Shown here one piece after another: positions 44,003-53,803 of a DNA stretch of 64,000 nucleotides; the stretch's first letter is position 1, and every line of letters begins with the position of its first letter. A program made the position numbers and the translations under genes. Source of the DNA: an uncultured Lishizhenia sp. (GTDB lineage: Bacteria; Bacteroidota; Bacteroidia; Flavobacteriales_D; Crocinitomicaceae); contig CAZDKE010000005.1 in the NCBI GenBank assembly GCA_964506255.1, positions 2,876 to 66,875 of the forward strand. The letters run 5' to 3'. The notes beneath the pieces were generated by a model. It worked only from the letters and a program-made list of their open reading frames with translations, was not told where the DNA came from and did no database searches.

Positions 44003-44767
44003 CCTCGTAGATACATTTTTAAGCTGTTTAACAAATTCTTTCAGAATCAATAAGTTTTCAGTTTGTTCAGTGTAGTATCTTTCGGGATGCCATTGTACGC
44101 CAAGAATCCAACGTTTTTCTAGTCCTTCTTTCCATTCAATTGCCTCAATAATTCCGTCGGGACTTGTGGCACCAATACGTAGTTTTTTACTTAATTCCGA
44201 TACAGTTTGATGATGCCAACTATTGACTTTCGTTTGCCCGACTCCAAGAATTTTATATAAATCGGAATTAGTATAAACAACAATTGGATGAATTACGTCA
44301 TTTAATTCTTTAGGGTCGCGATGGGTAACAATAACGCTGTCATTAGTACAAAAAGTTGGAATATCGACACATAATTGTCCGCCGAAATAAACATTCATCA
44401 ATTGCATTCCTCGACAAATCCCTAAGATTGGAAGCGAATCGTTCATGGCATTATTAAGTAGCAACAACTCAATTTTGTCTCTTTCAATTTCTGTTTTGCA
44501 AAACGTTTCTAATGAGTCAAGTCCATAATTTTTAGGGTGAATATCTAATCCTCCGCTCAATAAAAGTCCAGAACATTTTTTGAGACTTGCATTCCATTTT
44601 TTTTTATCAACTTTCATGAAATCAATTAGTTCAATTGACGTATCTACTTCTTTAAAATAGTTTTCAATGTTTTTGTTCGTTTTCGCAGTGGCAATATAGA
44701 TTTTATCAGTTTGACAAAAAATAGTGACACAAACAAATAGGAATGATACTAGAACTAGGTTTCTCAT
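44000..44767 (-). CDS. class I glutamine amidotransferase / peptidase C26 (gamma-glutamyl-GABA hydrolase family), secreted
   Basis: Signal peptide, nucleophile elbow LGICRGMQLMNV, and SWHHQ and GVQWHPE motifs. Confidence 0.8.
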   Translation of the reverse strand: MRNLVLVSFLFVCVTIFCQTDKIYIATAKTNKNIENYFKEVDTSIELIDFMKVDKKKWNASLKKCSGLLLSGGLDIHPKNYGLDSLETFCKTEIERDKIELLLLNNAMNDSLPILGICRGMQLMNVYFGGQLCVDIPTFCTNDSVIVTHRDPKELNDVIHPIVVYTNSDLYKILGVGQTKVNSWHHQTVSELSKKLRIGATSPDGIIEAIEWKEGLEKRWILGVQWHPERYYTEQTENLLILKEFVKQLKNVSTR

Positions 44768-45378
44768 TTATTAGCAAGTTGAAAAGGGTGACGGTGTTGC
44801 ATTGAACGTCCAAGTGTTACCTCGTCTGCATATTGTAATTCTGAACCAACGGAAATTCCTCGAGATAAAGTCGTAATTAGTATTTCGAAGGATTGTAATT
44901 TTTTGAATAAATAAAAATTGGTTGTATCGCCTTCCATTGTTGGACTCAATGCAAAAATAACTTCGATTAGGTCGTTTGAAGCTGCTTTCTGAACAAGCCT
45001 TTCAATATTTAAATCTGCAGGACCAATTCCGTCCATTGGGGAAATGAGTCCACCTAAAACGTGATAAATCCCTTTGAATGTTGATGTTGATTCAATTGCC
45101 ATAACATCTCTAATATCCTCAACCACACAAACAATTGAATGGTCGCGTGCAGGATTTTCACAAATCGAACAAATAGGTTCATCAGAAATATTTCCACAGC
45201 TTGTACAATTCTTTAAATTACTCTTCAACTCAAGAATCGCTTTTGTGAAGTCTGAGATTTCAATTTCCGAACGTTTTAATAAATTTAATGCTAGACGTAA
45301 TGCGGTTTTTTTGCCAATTCCTGGTAAAGAAGCAATTTGCTCCGTTGCATTTTCAAGGTATTTAGAAGGAATTTGCAT
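44764..45378 (-). CDS. recR: recombination protein RecR
   Basis: LPGIGKKTALRLA helix-hairpin-helix, CTSCGN...CSIC zinc finger, and a Toprim domain. Confidence 0.95.
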   Translation of the reverse strand: MQIPSKYLENATEQIASLPGIGKKTALRLALNLLKRSEIEISDFTKAILELKSNLKNCTSCGNISDEPICSICENPARDHSIVCVVEDIRDVMAIESTSTFKGIYHVLGGLISPMDGIGPADLNIERLVQKAASNDLIEVIFALSPTMEGDTTNFYLFKKLQSFEILITTLSRGISVGSELQYADEVTLGRSMQHRHPFQLANK

Positions 45379-45530
45379 GAATTATTTTTTCGAGTCAAAA
45401 TTAAGAAATCTTTGCGAAGAAAGATTTTAGTAAAAACTTATAATCAACAATAATAAAAAGAACAATAATTCTGATTCACATCTATTTTTTTTAGCCGTGA
45501 ACTGTGAAATGTAATAACCATTGTTTTTCT

Positions 45531-45538
45531 TAAATTTG
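45531..45538 (+). promoter_or_regulatory. -7 promoter box (TAAATTTG) 4 nt before the smpB ATG (leaderless geometry)
   Basis: The sequence reads TAAATTTGcattATG. Confidence 0.4.
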
Positions 45539-45542
45539 CATT

Positions 45543-45995
45543 ATGTCAGTGAAAGAACTAAATATTCGCAATAAAAAAGCCAAGTTTGAATACTATTTAG
45601 AGGATCAATTTACCGCTGGAATTCAACTTTCAGGAACTGAAATCAAAAGTATTAGAAGCGGAAAGGCTAGTATTTTAGAAGCATACTGTATATGTGAAAA
45701 CCGTGAAGTTTGGATTCGAAATATGCACATCAATGAGTATGTGAATGGTTCGTTTTATAATCATAAACCAAAGGCCGATAGAAAACTGTTACTCAATAAA
45801 AAAGAAATTATTTCAATAGAGAAATTTCTGAAAATAAAAGGGAATACCCTTGTTCCATTAAAATTATTTTTATCTGAAAAAGGTTGGGTTAAGGTTGAGT
45901 TTGCTTGTGCAACTGGTAAAAAACTCCATGATAAACGCCAAGATTTGAAGGAAAAGGATGATAGACGTGAAATGGATCGAGCAATGAAAAAGTAA
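45543..45995 (+). CDS. smpB: SsrA-binding protein SmpB
   Basis: 150 aa: NKKAKFEY...G.EIKS.R.GK.S motif and a basic C-terminal tail. Confidence 0.95.
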   Translation: MSVKELNIRNKKAKFEYYLEDQFTAGIQLSGTEIKSIRSGKASILEAYCICENREVWIRNMHINEYVNGSFYNHKPKADRKLLLNKKEIISIEKFLKIKGNTLVPLKLFLSEKGWVKVEFACATGKKLHDKRQDLKEKDDRREMDRAMKK

Positions 45996-46227
45996 TAAGT
46001 TCTAAATTAAGTTAACTGATACATTGATTATCTAATCTATTATTTTGTATATAATGATAAATTAGTTAAGTGTTTTTTTTTGGTTCATATAACTCACTTT
46101 TATATGCTTGGCATTGTTCATTTTTAACATTTTTGTTAAAATCAAATTTCAGGGAATAAACATAAAGGGTTATCCCTTAAAAAAAAAGGGTTTGTTACTA
46201 AAGTAGTTTTTAACCACAAATTAATTC

Positions 46228-46235
46228 TAATTTTG
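46228..46235 (+). promoter_or_regulatory. -7 promoter box (TAATTTTG) for the OmpA-family gene
   Basis: Matches TAnnTTTG, 13 nt upstream of ATG 46249. Confidence 0.45.
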
Positions 46236-46248
46236 TAAAAAAAAGAAC

Positions 46249-47883
46249 ATGTCAAAAAAAATAGTTAAACTTTTATTTTTGGTTTTTTGCTTTTCTCAAT
46301 TTTATTTCGCTCAAGAAAATCCAAAAAATAAATCATTAGGTGGCTCAAATTATAATTCACAAACTTCTTTTGAATCGTATAAAAAACATTCAGTTAGCTT
46401 TGATATTGGTGGAAAAGATGGTGTTAGGTATCCTGGTGTTACGTCAACAAGAATAACACAAATTAATTCATATGTTTTAGGATACAGATACATGTTCAAT
46501 AATCGGTTTGGAATTTCTCCAGAGTTCGGTTGGGAAAGGTTTAAAGATTTAAACGATAGTGTTGGAACAGGGCATTATATGCGCTTCTCCATGCAAACAT
46601 GTTATAATTTGACAGATTTATTGAGATTCAATTCTTTTTCAAAAAGACTTGGAATGCTTGCAATCGCTGGAGCTGGTTACTCGATATGTTTTAATCCCTC
46701 CGGTGTAGTTTCCCTTACTGATACATCTACCTATACTTTATTAGGGGATGAAAAGATTGATAAAATGCTAAGTGGTTATTTTGGTGCAAGGGTTATGTTT
46801 AAATGTACTGAAAAATTTAGTATTCATAGTACATTAGGTACTGTATTTAATTTGAGACAAGATAGAACTTTTGATGGTCAAAGAAAACTTGGGAGGGGAG
46901 GATTTACTGGGAAATATTACAATTTAACTCTTGGTGCAACTTTATATTTGGGCAAACAAAAACAGCATGCTGATTGGTATTCCAGCAAAATTCAAGAAAA
47001 AGATAATTATCTAGAAATATCAAGTCAATTAAGTATTTTAAGAAAGTCATTGGAGGATGATGATGCAGATGGTGTAATTAATGCGGTAGATGTTTCACCG
47101 AATACCCCTGAAGGGACATTAGTTGACTTGAAGGGAGTACCTTTAACTAAAGACACTGTTTCATTAGGAAATAGTTTGAAATTAATTGAAGGAATAGACA
47201 GTTTGAAAAATGGCGATTCTTTATTAGTAATTCAACTAATAAATGAATTTTCCAATGAGTTCACAACTCAATTGAATATGTTAAAAAAGGAATTGGAAAG
47301 TGATACTTTACATCACAGAAGTAATTCTCGAAATTCAGACGACTTCGATAATGATGGACTAAACAATTCTGTGGACATATGTCCCTATATTAAAGGGCAA
47401 AGTTTTGGATGTCCTGATAGCGATAACGATGGTATACCTGATTTTATGGATGCATGTCCTGAGCTTCCAGGAACATTGAAATTTAATGGTTGTAGTGAAG
47501 GTGATTATAAGGTAGAATCAATCGTTAATAAATCAAGTTTAATTTTGGAAGAAAATGGTGTTTATGATGTTTTATTTGAAATTAATAAAAGTGAGTTACT
47601 TCTTTCAAGTAAATTGATTTTGGATCGTCTAGTTAAGTTGATGAATAATGAAAAAGATTTAAAGATTATCATATCTGGGCACGCTGACAAAACAGGCAAT
47701 AAAGAGAACAATGAAAAATTATCAAGGCAACGCGCTGAAACATGTCAAAAATATTTAGTATCCAAAGGTATTGAAGCAGATAGATTGATTATCGAATTTT
47801 ATGGTTCCGAAATTGAAAAATACACTTCTAACGGCGTTGATTTAAATCTTGCGAATAGAAGAGTTTCTTTTAGAGTAAAGTAA
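46249..47883 (+). CDS. OmpA family outer-membrane protein with thrombospondin type-3 (calcium-binding) repeats
   Basis: Signal peptide and an N-terminal barrel. Asp-rich repeats DDDADGVINAVDVSPNTPEG, DDFDNDGLNNSVDICP and DSDNDGIPDFMDACP. C-terminal OmpA domain (GHADKTGN...LS..RA...NRRV). Confidence 0.85.
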   Translation: MSKKIVKLLFLVFCFSQFYFAQENPKNKSLGGSNYNSQTSFESYKKHSVSFDIGGKDGVRYPGVTSTRITQINSYVLGYRYMFNNRFGISPEFGWERFKDLNDSVGTGHYMRFSMQTCYNLTDLLRFNSFSKRLGMLAIAGAGYSICFNPSGVVSLTDTSTYTLLGDEKIDKMLSGYFGARVMFKCTEKFSIHSTLGTVFNLRQDRTFDGQRKLGRGGFTGKYYNLTLGATLYLGKQKQHADWYSSKIQEKDNYLEISSQLSILRKSLEDDDADGVINAVDVSPNTPEGTLVDLKGVPLTKDTVSLGNSLKLIEGIDSLKNGDSLLVIQLINEFSNEFTTQLNMLKKELESDTLHHRSNSRNSDDFDNDGLNNSVDICPYIKGQSFGCPDSDNDGIPDFMDACPELPGTLKFNGCSEGDYKVESIVNKSSLILEENGVYDVLFEINKSELLLSSKLILDRLVKLMNNEKDLKIIISGHADKTGNKENNEKLSRQRAETCQKYLVSKGIEADRLIIEFYGSEIEKYTSNGVDLNLANRRVSFRVK

Positions 47884-47899
47884 CATTAATAATCACATA

Positions 47900-48904
47900 A
47901 TGAAAACAGTTTTGATTTCAGGTGCGGCAGGATTTATTGGTTATCATTTATGTGTTAATCTGTTAAAATTAGGTTATAAAGTTGTTGGTTTAGACAATAT
48001 CAATGGTTACTATGATATTAAACTAAAGATGGCACGATTGAATGAATTAGGTATTCGAGATGTCTATGAACATAAACTTTCAAAAAGTATAATTTATGAT
48101 TCACAGTTTCAATTTGTAAAAATGTCCTTGGAGGATCAAATTCATTTGCCTCAATTGTTTCAAAAGTTCGATTTTGATGTAGTTTGCAATCTAGCTGCAC
48201 AAGCGGGTGTTAGGTACAGTATTGAAGACCCAATGGTTTATGCAGAAAGTAATATTATTGGTTTTCTAAATCTTCTAGAATGTATTCGAAATTATAAGGT
48301 TAAAAAACTTGTATATGCAAGTAGCTCAAGTGTTTATGGAAATAGTGATCAAGTTCCTTTTACAACTGAACAAACTGTGGATGAACCTATAAGTTTATAT
48401 GCTGCTTCGAAGAAAACGAATGAATTAATGGCTCATACTTATTCACATTTATTTGGTTTTCAAACAATTGGCCTTAGGTTTTTTACTGTTTATGGTCCTT
48501 GGGGGCGTCCAGATATGGCAATGTTTTTATTCACAGATGCAATTTTAAACAATCGACCAATCAAGGTTTTTAATCACGGAGAATTATATCGTGATTTCAC
48601 TTATATAGATGACATTGTAGAAGGGCTCACAGCAACAATTGAAAAACCAAATTCAAAACAATATGCTATTTATAATATTGGTAATTCAAAACCAATTAAA
48701 CTTTTGGATTTTATAAACGAAATCGAAACAAATTTGGGTAGAGTTGCTGTAAAAGAAATGCTTCCAATGCAAGCTGGTGATGTTGAAAAGACTTGGGCAG
48801 ATGTAACTAATCTTCAAAAAGACTATGATTACAAACCAACTACAGATGTGAAAACCGGTGTCGGTAATTTTATAGAATGGTATAAAGCATTTTACTTAAG
48901 TTGA
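47900..48904 (+). CDS. NAD-dependent sugar-nucleotide epimerase (UDP-glucuronate 4-epimerase-like)
   Basis: GAAGFIGYHL Rossmann motif and catalytic YAASKKTNE. Resembles the Cap1J/WbnF-type uronate epimerases. Confidence 0.8.
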   Translation: MKTVLISGAAGFIGYHLCVNLLKLGYKVVGLDNINGYYDIKLKMARLNELGIRDVYEHKLSKSIIYDSQFQFVKMSLEDQIHLPQLFQKFDFDVVCNLAAQAGVRYSIEDPMVYAESNIIGFLNLLECIRNYKVKKLVYASSSSVYGNSDQVPFTTEQTVDEPISLYAASKKTNELMAHTYSHLFGFQTIGLRFFTVYGPWGRPDMAMFLFTDAILNNRPIKVFNHGELYRDFTYIDDIVEGLTATIEKPNSKQYAIYNIGNSKPIKLLDFINEIETNLGRVAVKEMLPMQAGDVEKTWADVTNLQKDYDYKPTTDVKTGVGNFIEWYKAFYLS

Positions 48905-50341
48905 ATGTCATTAAAAAAACAAGCAATATCGGGAGTTTTTTGGACAGGTCTTCAACAGTTCGGAAGACAAGGTATTGCCTTTGTAACCTCAATTGTTTTA
49001 GCAAGAATTCTATCACCATATGAATTTGGTTTGATTGCAATGATTGGGATTTTTATTGCACTGGGTGACAGTTTAATAAAAAGTGGTCTTACTAATTCTT
49101 TGATTCGCACAGAGAATATAAACGAAGATGATTACTCTACTGTTTTCATTTTTAACATGGTCGGTAGTGTGCTCATCTATTTGATAATGTTTCTATTAGC
49201 TCCGTTTATTGCTAATTTTTATAAACAAATCGAACTAGTTGAAATAATTAGATGGTATAGTTTGGTTTTTATAATAAATGCATTGTCAGCAGTTCAATTG
49301 ACAAGATTAACCAAGATAATGGATTTCAAAACTCAATTAATCGTTTCGCTCCCATCAATTATAATTAGCAGTTTAATTGGGATTTATATGGCCTATGCTA
49401 ATTATGGAGTCTGGAGTTTAATTTGGAGTGCCATTATACAATCGCTGCTTTCAACAGTTCAAGTTTGGTTTTATTCGAAATGGATTCCAAATTTTGTCTT
49501 TAGCATTGAAAAATTTAAATTACATTTCACTTATGGTTTTAAAATAATGTTATCAAGCCTTTTGGATATAATTTTTGTAAATATCTACACCTTAGTAATT
49601 GGACGTTTTTTCCATCCTTTACAGGTCGGTTATTACAATAGAGCAAACACATTGCAAATGTTTCCTGTCACCAATCTCAGTATGATAGTAAATAAAGTTT
49701 CTTTTCCTTTATTTGCATCTATTCAAAATGATGATATTCGTTTAAAAGAAGTTTACAGAAAAATGATGCAATTAGTCTTGTTCATTAGTGCACCGATTTT
49801 AGTTTTAATGGCAGTTTTGGCTGAACCAATTTTCAGATTTTTGTTCACAGAAAAATGGCTTCCTGCTGTTCCATATTTTCAAATTTTATGCTATAACGGT
49901 ATCTTGTATCCTATTCATTCTTATAATCTTCAAATATTAAATGTAAAAGGCAGAAGTGATCTTTTTCTAAAATTGGAGGTTCTTAAAAAATCGTTAGTGG
50001 TAGTAATGATTCTGATTACATTTCAATTCGGAATTTATGGGCTTTTAATAGGAAGTACTATCACTTCAACAATTGCATTTTTTATTAATACTTATTTTTC
50101 AGGAAAACTAATAAATTACAATGCTTTTAGCCAAATTAAAGATTTAATGCCGATTCTTGTGATTACTTCTTTGATGGGAGGTTTGATTTTCTTTTCCGAT
50201 TATTTTGCAAAAAACTTTTTATCTGATTTTGTAAGAATAGTTAGTCTAGGTTTATTAGGTGTAGGGATTTTTATCTCATTTTCTTTATTTTTTAAATTAA
50301 ATTCTTATATTGAGCTAAAAAGTATAATTCTAAAAAAATGA
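48905..50341 (+). CDS. polysaccharide flippase (Wzx/MOP family)
   Basis: 478 aa with about 12-14 TM helices and the N-terminal pattern of Wzx-type polysaccharide biosynthesis proteins. Confidence 0.75.
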   Translation: MSLKKQAISGVFWTGLQQFGRQGIAFVTSIVLARILSPYEFGLIAMIGIFIALGDSLIKSGLTNSLIRTENINEDDYSTVFIFNMVGSVLIYLIMFLLAPFIANFYKQIELVEIIRWYSLVFIINALSAVQLTRLTKIMDFKTQLIVSLPSIIISSLIGIYMAYANYGVWSLIWSAIIQSLLSTVQVWFYSKWIPNFVFSIEKFKLHFTYGFKIMLSSLLDIIFVNIYTLVIGRFFHPLQVGYYNRANTLQMFPVTNLSMIVNKVSFPLFASIQNDDIRLKEVYRKMMQLVLFISAPILVLMAVLAEPIFRFLFTEKWLPAVPYFQILCYNGILYPIHSYNLQILNVKGRSDLFLKLEVLKKSLVVVMILITFQFGIYGLLIGSTITSTIAFFINTYFSGKLINYNAFSQIKDLMPILVITSLMGGLIFFSDYFAKNFLSDFVRIVSLGLLGVGIFISFSLFFKLNSYIELKSIILKK

Positions 50342-51405
50342 TTCCAGTAACAAAGTCGTTCATACCACCAATTCAAGAATATACTGCTCAAGTACAAAGA
50401 GCATTTAAAAATGAATGGCTCACAAATCGCGGCGAATTAATTAAAGAATTGGAAGAAAAATTGAAATCATTTCTAGAAATCGATAATATTCTGATTACTA
50501 ATAATGGAACAATTCCGCTCCAAATTGCACTAAAATTACTCGGTAATCAAGGTGAAATTATAACGACACCATTTAGCTATGTGGCTACCACAGCAGCAAT
50601 TGTTTGGGAAAATTGCACTCCTGTTTTTGTAGATATAAACCCTGAAACGCTTACAATTGATACACAGTTAATTGAAGCTGCCATTACTCCTAAAACAACA
50701 TGTATTTTAGCAACACATGTTTTTGGTAATGCTTGTGATATTGATGAAGTTGACAGAATAGCAAAAGCACATAATCTTAAAGTAATTTATGACGCAGCTC
50801 ATTGCTTTGGAGTTAAATATAAAGGAAAATCAATTTTCGATTACGGAGACATTAGTACTTGTAGTTTTCATGCGACGAAGTTGTTTCATACAGGAGAAGG
50901 AGGAGCAGTTTTTTGTAAAGATGAAATCCTAAGACATAAAATTTTCTACAGTCATAATTTTGGACATAATGGACCTCTTGATTTTTTTGGGTTGGGAATT
51001 AATGGGAAAAACAGTGAGTTGCATGCTGCGATGGGATTAGCTTTATTTCCTTACCTAGATCACATCATTTCAGAAAGAAAAAAAATTATTGAAAACTATT
51101 TAGAAAATCTTGATTTTTCGAGAGTGCAAACAATGAAACTCAATGAAGATTTAACTTGGAATTATAGTTATTTTCCACTTTTATTCGAAGATGAATCAAC
51201 TTTGTTAATCACACTTGAAAAGTTAAATAAAGCAGCTATCTTCCCCAGAAGGTATTTTAATCCATCTTTAAATACGATTGAATATACTAAAGGTTCAGCA
51301 ATGCCTAATAGTGAAAGTGTTGCGAGAAGAATAATTTGTTTACCGCTATTTGTTGGACTTACAACTGATGAATTAAATCAAATTGTTAAAATTATTAATG
51401 GATGA
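50338..51405 (+). CDS. DegT/DnrJ/EryC1/StrS family sugar aminotransferase
   Basis: PLP-lysine context STCSFHATKLFHTGEGG. ATGA overlap with the flippase gene. Confidence 0.85.
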   Translation: MIPVTKSFIPPIQEYTAQVQRAFKNEWLTNRGELIKELEEKLKSFLEIDNILITNNGTIPLQIALKLLGNQGEIITTPFSYVATTAAIVWENCTPVFVDINPETLTIDTQLIEAAITPKTTCILATHVFGNACDIDEVDRIAKAHNLKVIYDAAHCFGVKYKGKSIFDYGDISTCSFHATKLFHTGEGGAVFCKDEILRHKIFYSHNFGHNGPLDFFGLGINGKNSELHAAMGLALFPYLDHIISERKKIIENYLENLDFSRVQTMKLNEDLTWNYSYFPLLFEDESTLLITLEKLNKAAIFPRRYFNPSLNTIEYTKGSAMPNSESVARRIICLPLFVGLTTDELNQIVKIING

Positions 51406-52343
51406 GAAAAGTCAAGTTAAAGCAACTTATTGATTTTTTAGAAGAAGAAAATATTGACTTCGAATTGTTTTTTAATGAATTTAAAAGCGATATCGAGTTG
51501 ACATTTGCAAGTGTTAAGAATTGTATAAAAAATGGCATTTTTTACTTAGAAAATAGTGAAGCACTATTAAAATTTGAAATTGAAGAGAGTGTGGTAATTT
51601 CTAACAAGAATACAGAAACTAAAAATTGTTTAATCGTTGTTTCAAATCCGCAATTAGTACATTACAAACTTTGCAATATTGTAATAGAACCTGTAGTTTA
51701 TGAAATTGCCAATAGTTCCAAAATTCATAAAAATGCTCAATTAGCAAAAAATATTTCGATTGGTGAGAACTGTGTGCTTGGTGAATGTATTATTGAGGAA
51801 GGTGTCGTAATTAAGCATAATGTGGTAATTGAAGATAATGTTACTATAAAGAAAAATACATTTATCGATAGTAATTCTATTATTGGTGCTGGAGGATTAG
51901 CTTGGATTTGGGACGAGAATGGTAATCGTATTATTCAACCACAATTAGGTGGTGTTATTATTGAAGAAGATTGTGTTTTGGCGACTGATGTAACTATTGT
52001 CAGAGGATCACTTTCGGAAAATACAACAATTGGAAAAGGTACAGTTATCTCTCATGGAACAAAAATAGGTCATGGAGTTCAAGTTAAAGAGGATGTTCAC
52101 ATGGCAAATAACGTAAGTATTGCAGGAAATGCAATTGTTGGACAACGTTGTTTTTTAGGAAGCGCATGTGTTGTTTCTTCAAGTGTTAAAATTGCTGATA
52201 ATACAATTGTTGGAGCAGGAGCAGTGGTAAATAAATCATTCGTTGAAGAATACTTGACCTTGGCTGGAGTTCCTGCAAAAGTTATCGCAACAAATAATTT
52301 TGAATCAAAACCGACTGGAGCACCAAAACCTTTTAAAAACTAA
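51402..52343 (+). CDS. LpxD-like left-handed beta-helix N-acyltransferase
   Basis: LpxD-type N-terminal domain followed by many hexapeptide repeats (IGENCVLGECIIEEGVVIKHNVVIEDNVTI...). Confidence 0.7.
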   Translation: MRKVKLKQLIDFLEEENIDFELFFNEFKSDIELTFASVKNCIKNGIFYLENSEALLKFEIEESVVISNKNTETKNCLIVVSNPQLVHYKLCNIVIEPVVYEIANSSKIHKNAQLAKNISIGENCVLGECIIEEGVVIKHNVVIEDNVTIKKNTFIDSNSIIGAGGLAWIWDENGNRIIQPQLGGVIIEEDCVLATDVTIVRGSLSENTTIGKGTVISHGTKIGHGVQVKEDVHMANNVSIAGNAIVGQRCFLGSACVVSSSVKIADNTIVGAGAVVNKSFVEEYLTLAGVPAKVIATNNFESKPTGAPKPFKN

Positions 52344-52356
52344 AAACCTACATATT

Positions 52357-52890
52357 ATGAATACGAGTGTAATTTCAGAAAAAGCAAAAATTGGTCAAAA
52401 CGTAACAATTGGACATTTTTGTATAATTGAAGACGATGTTGAAATTGGTGATAATACTACAATTGAACACTATTGTCTCTTAAAAAATGGAGTTAGGATT
52501 GGAAATAATAACGTCATTAAAAGTAACGTAGAGTTAAGAGAAAACACAGTTATTGGTAATAATTGCTATATCGATTCAAAAGTTTCTAGTTCAGGAAATT
52601 GCAAGGTTGGTGATAATGTTACTTTACGCTACGAAACAATTTTAGCAAGAGGTGTAGAAGTTGGTGACAATAGTTATCTGTGTCCTCGCGTTATGACAAA
52701 CAATTTAAATAATAGCCAAAACCAAATCGGAGGTGCAAAAATTGGTAAAAATTGCTTCATAGGAACCCATTCTGTTTTACAGTACGGAATAACCTTGGAG
52801 GATAATGTAACCGTTGGCTCTATGGCATTTGTAAACAAAGATGTTGCTGAAGGTTTAACAGTTGTTGGTATTCCTGCAAAGTCAAGATAA
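52357..52890 (+). CDS. hexapeptide-repeat sugar O/N-acetyltransferase
   Basis: Starts MNTSVISEKAKIGQNVTIGHFCII and carries hexapeptide repeats throughout. The upstream extension in the track ORF is rejected because it overlaps the previous gene. Confidence 0.75.
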   Translation: MNTSVISEKAKIGQNVTIGHFCIIEDDVEIGDNTTIEHYCLLKNGVRIGNNNVIKSNVELRENTVIGNNCYIDSKVSSSGNCKVGDNVTLRYETILARGVEVGDNSYLCPRVMTNNLNNSQNQIGGAKIGKNCFIGTHSVLQYGITLEDNVTVGSMAFVNKDVAEGLTVVGIPAKSR

Positions 52891-52891
52891 A

Positions 52892-53803
52892 ATGACCAAT
52901 CCACTTGTTTCAATTTCTTGTATTACTTATAATCACGCACCATACATTCGGCAATGTTTGGATGGGTTTTTAAGTCAAAAAACAAATTTTGACTTTGAAA
53001 TCGTTATTCATGATGATGCATCTAAGGATGGGACAAGCGAGATAATTCTTGAATATGCAACAAAATATCCTACAAAAATTTTCCCTCTGATTCAAAAGGA
53101 AAACCAATATTCAAAAGGTTTAAGAGGAATGATGGCTAGGTTTAATTTTCCACGTTGTAAAGGAAAATACATTGCAATTTGTGAAGGTGATGATTTTTGG
53201 ACAGATGAAACTAAGCTTCAAAAACAAGTTGATTTTCTTGAACAAAATCCTACTTTTAGTATGTGTTTTCACAATGTAAATTGGCTGTATGATTTACAAA
53301 AATCAAATGCTAATGTAAATTATGTTGAAGATAAAGAATATTCTATTAACGAGTTATTTTTAAAGTGGATAGCGCCAACTTCTTCTATTGTTTTTCATAA
53401 TAAAGTCGTTCCTAAAATTACAGAAATCGCTTTAGATAAAAGAGTATTGAATGGGGATATAATTATCGTTCTTTCTGCCTTCGAGTTCGGAAAAGTAAAA
53501 GGTTTTAGTAATTCAATGTCAACTTATAGAATTCACGAAAACGGTGTGTCTCATTCAAGAATTTCCGAGAATCAACTAAACCATTTATTGAATTATATTT
53601 CTCATTATGAATTGATTAGAGAGAAAATTTTAGGAATTGACAAGAAAATCTTCAATATCAAATTAGTTGATAATTATATGTCAATAACCTTGTATTATTT
53701 AAAGCGAAAAAAAATTCAGTTTTTGTACTATTTGTTTTTGGCAATTTACCACCGACCTGACTTAATTACAAAAGCAATCTTAAAACCATTTAAAAGAAAA
53801 TGA
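52892..53803 (+). CDS. glycosyltransferase family 2
   Basis: VSISCITYNHAPYI, HDDASKDGT and the DxD-like EGDDFW. ATG 52892 is preferred. Confidence 0.8.
   Translation: MTNPLVSISCITYNHAPYIRQCLDGFLSQKTNFDFEIVIHDDASKDGTSEIILEYATKYPTKIFPLIQKENQYSKGLRGMMARFNFPRCKGKYIAICEGDDFWTDETKLQKQVDFLEQNPTFSMCFHNVNWLYDLQKSNANVNYVEDKEYSINELFLKWIAPTSSIVFHNKVVPKITEIALDKRVLNGDIIIVLSAFEFGKVKGFSNSMSTYRIHENGVSHSRISENQLNHLLNYISHYELIREKILGIDKKIFNIKLVDNYMSITLYYLKRKKIQFLYYLFLAIYHRPDLITKAILKPFKRK

Noticed and set aside
45074-45430. 118-codon ORF antisense to recR
   Set aside because: recR is unambiguous on the minus strand, and the antisense product has no features.
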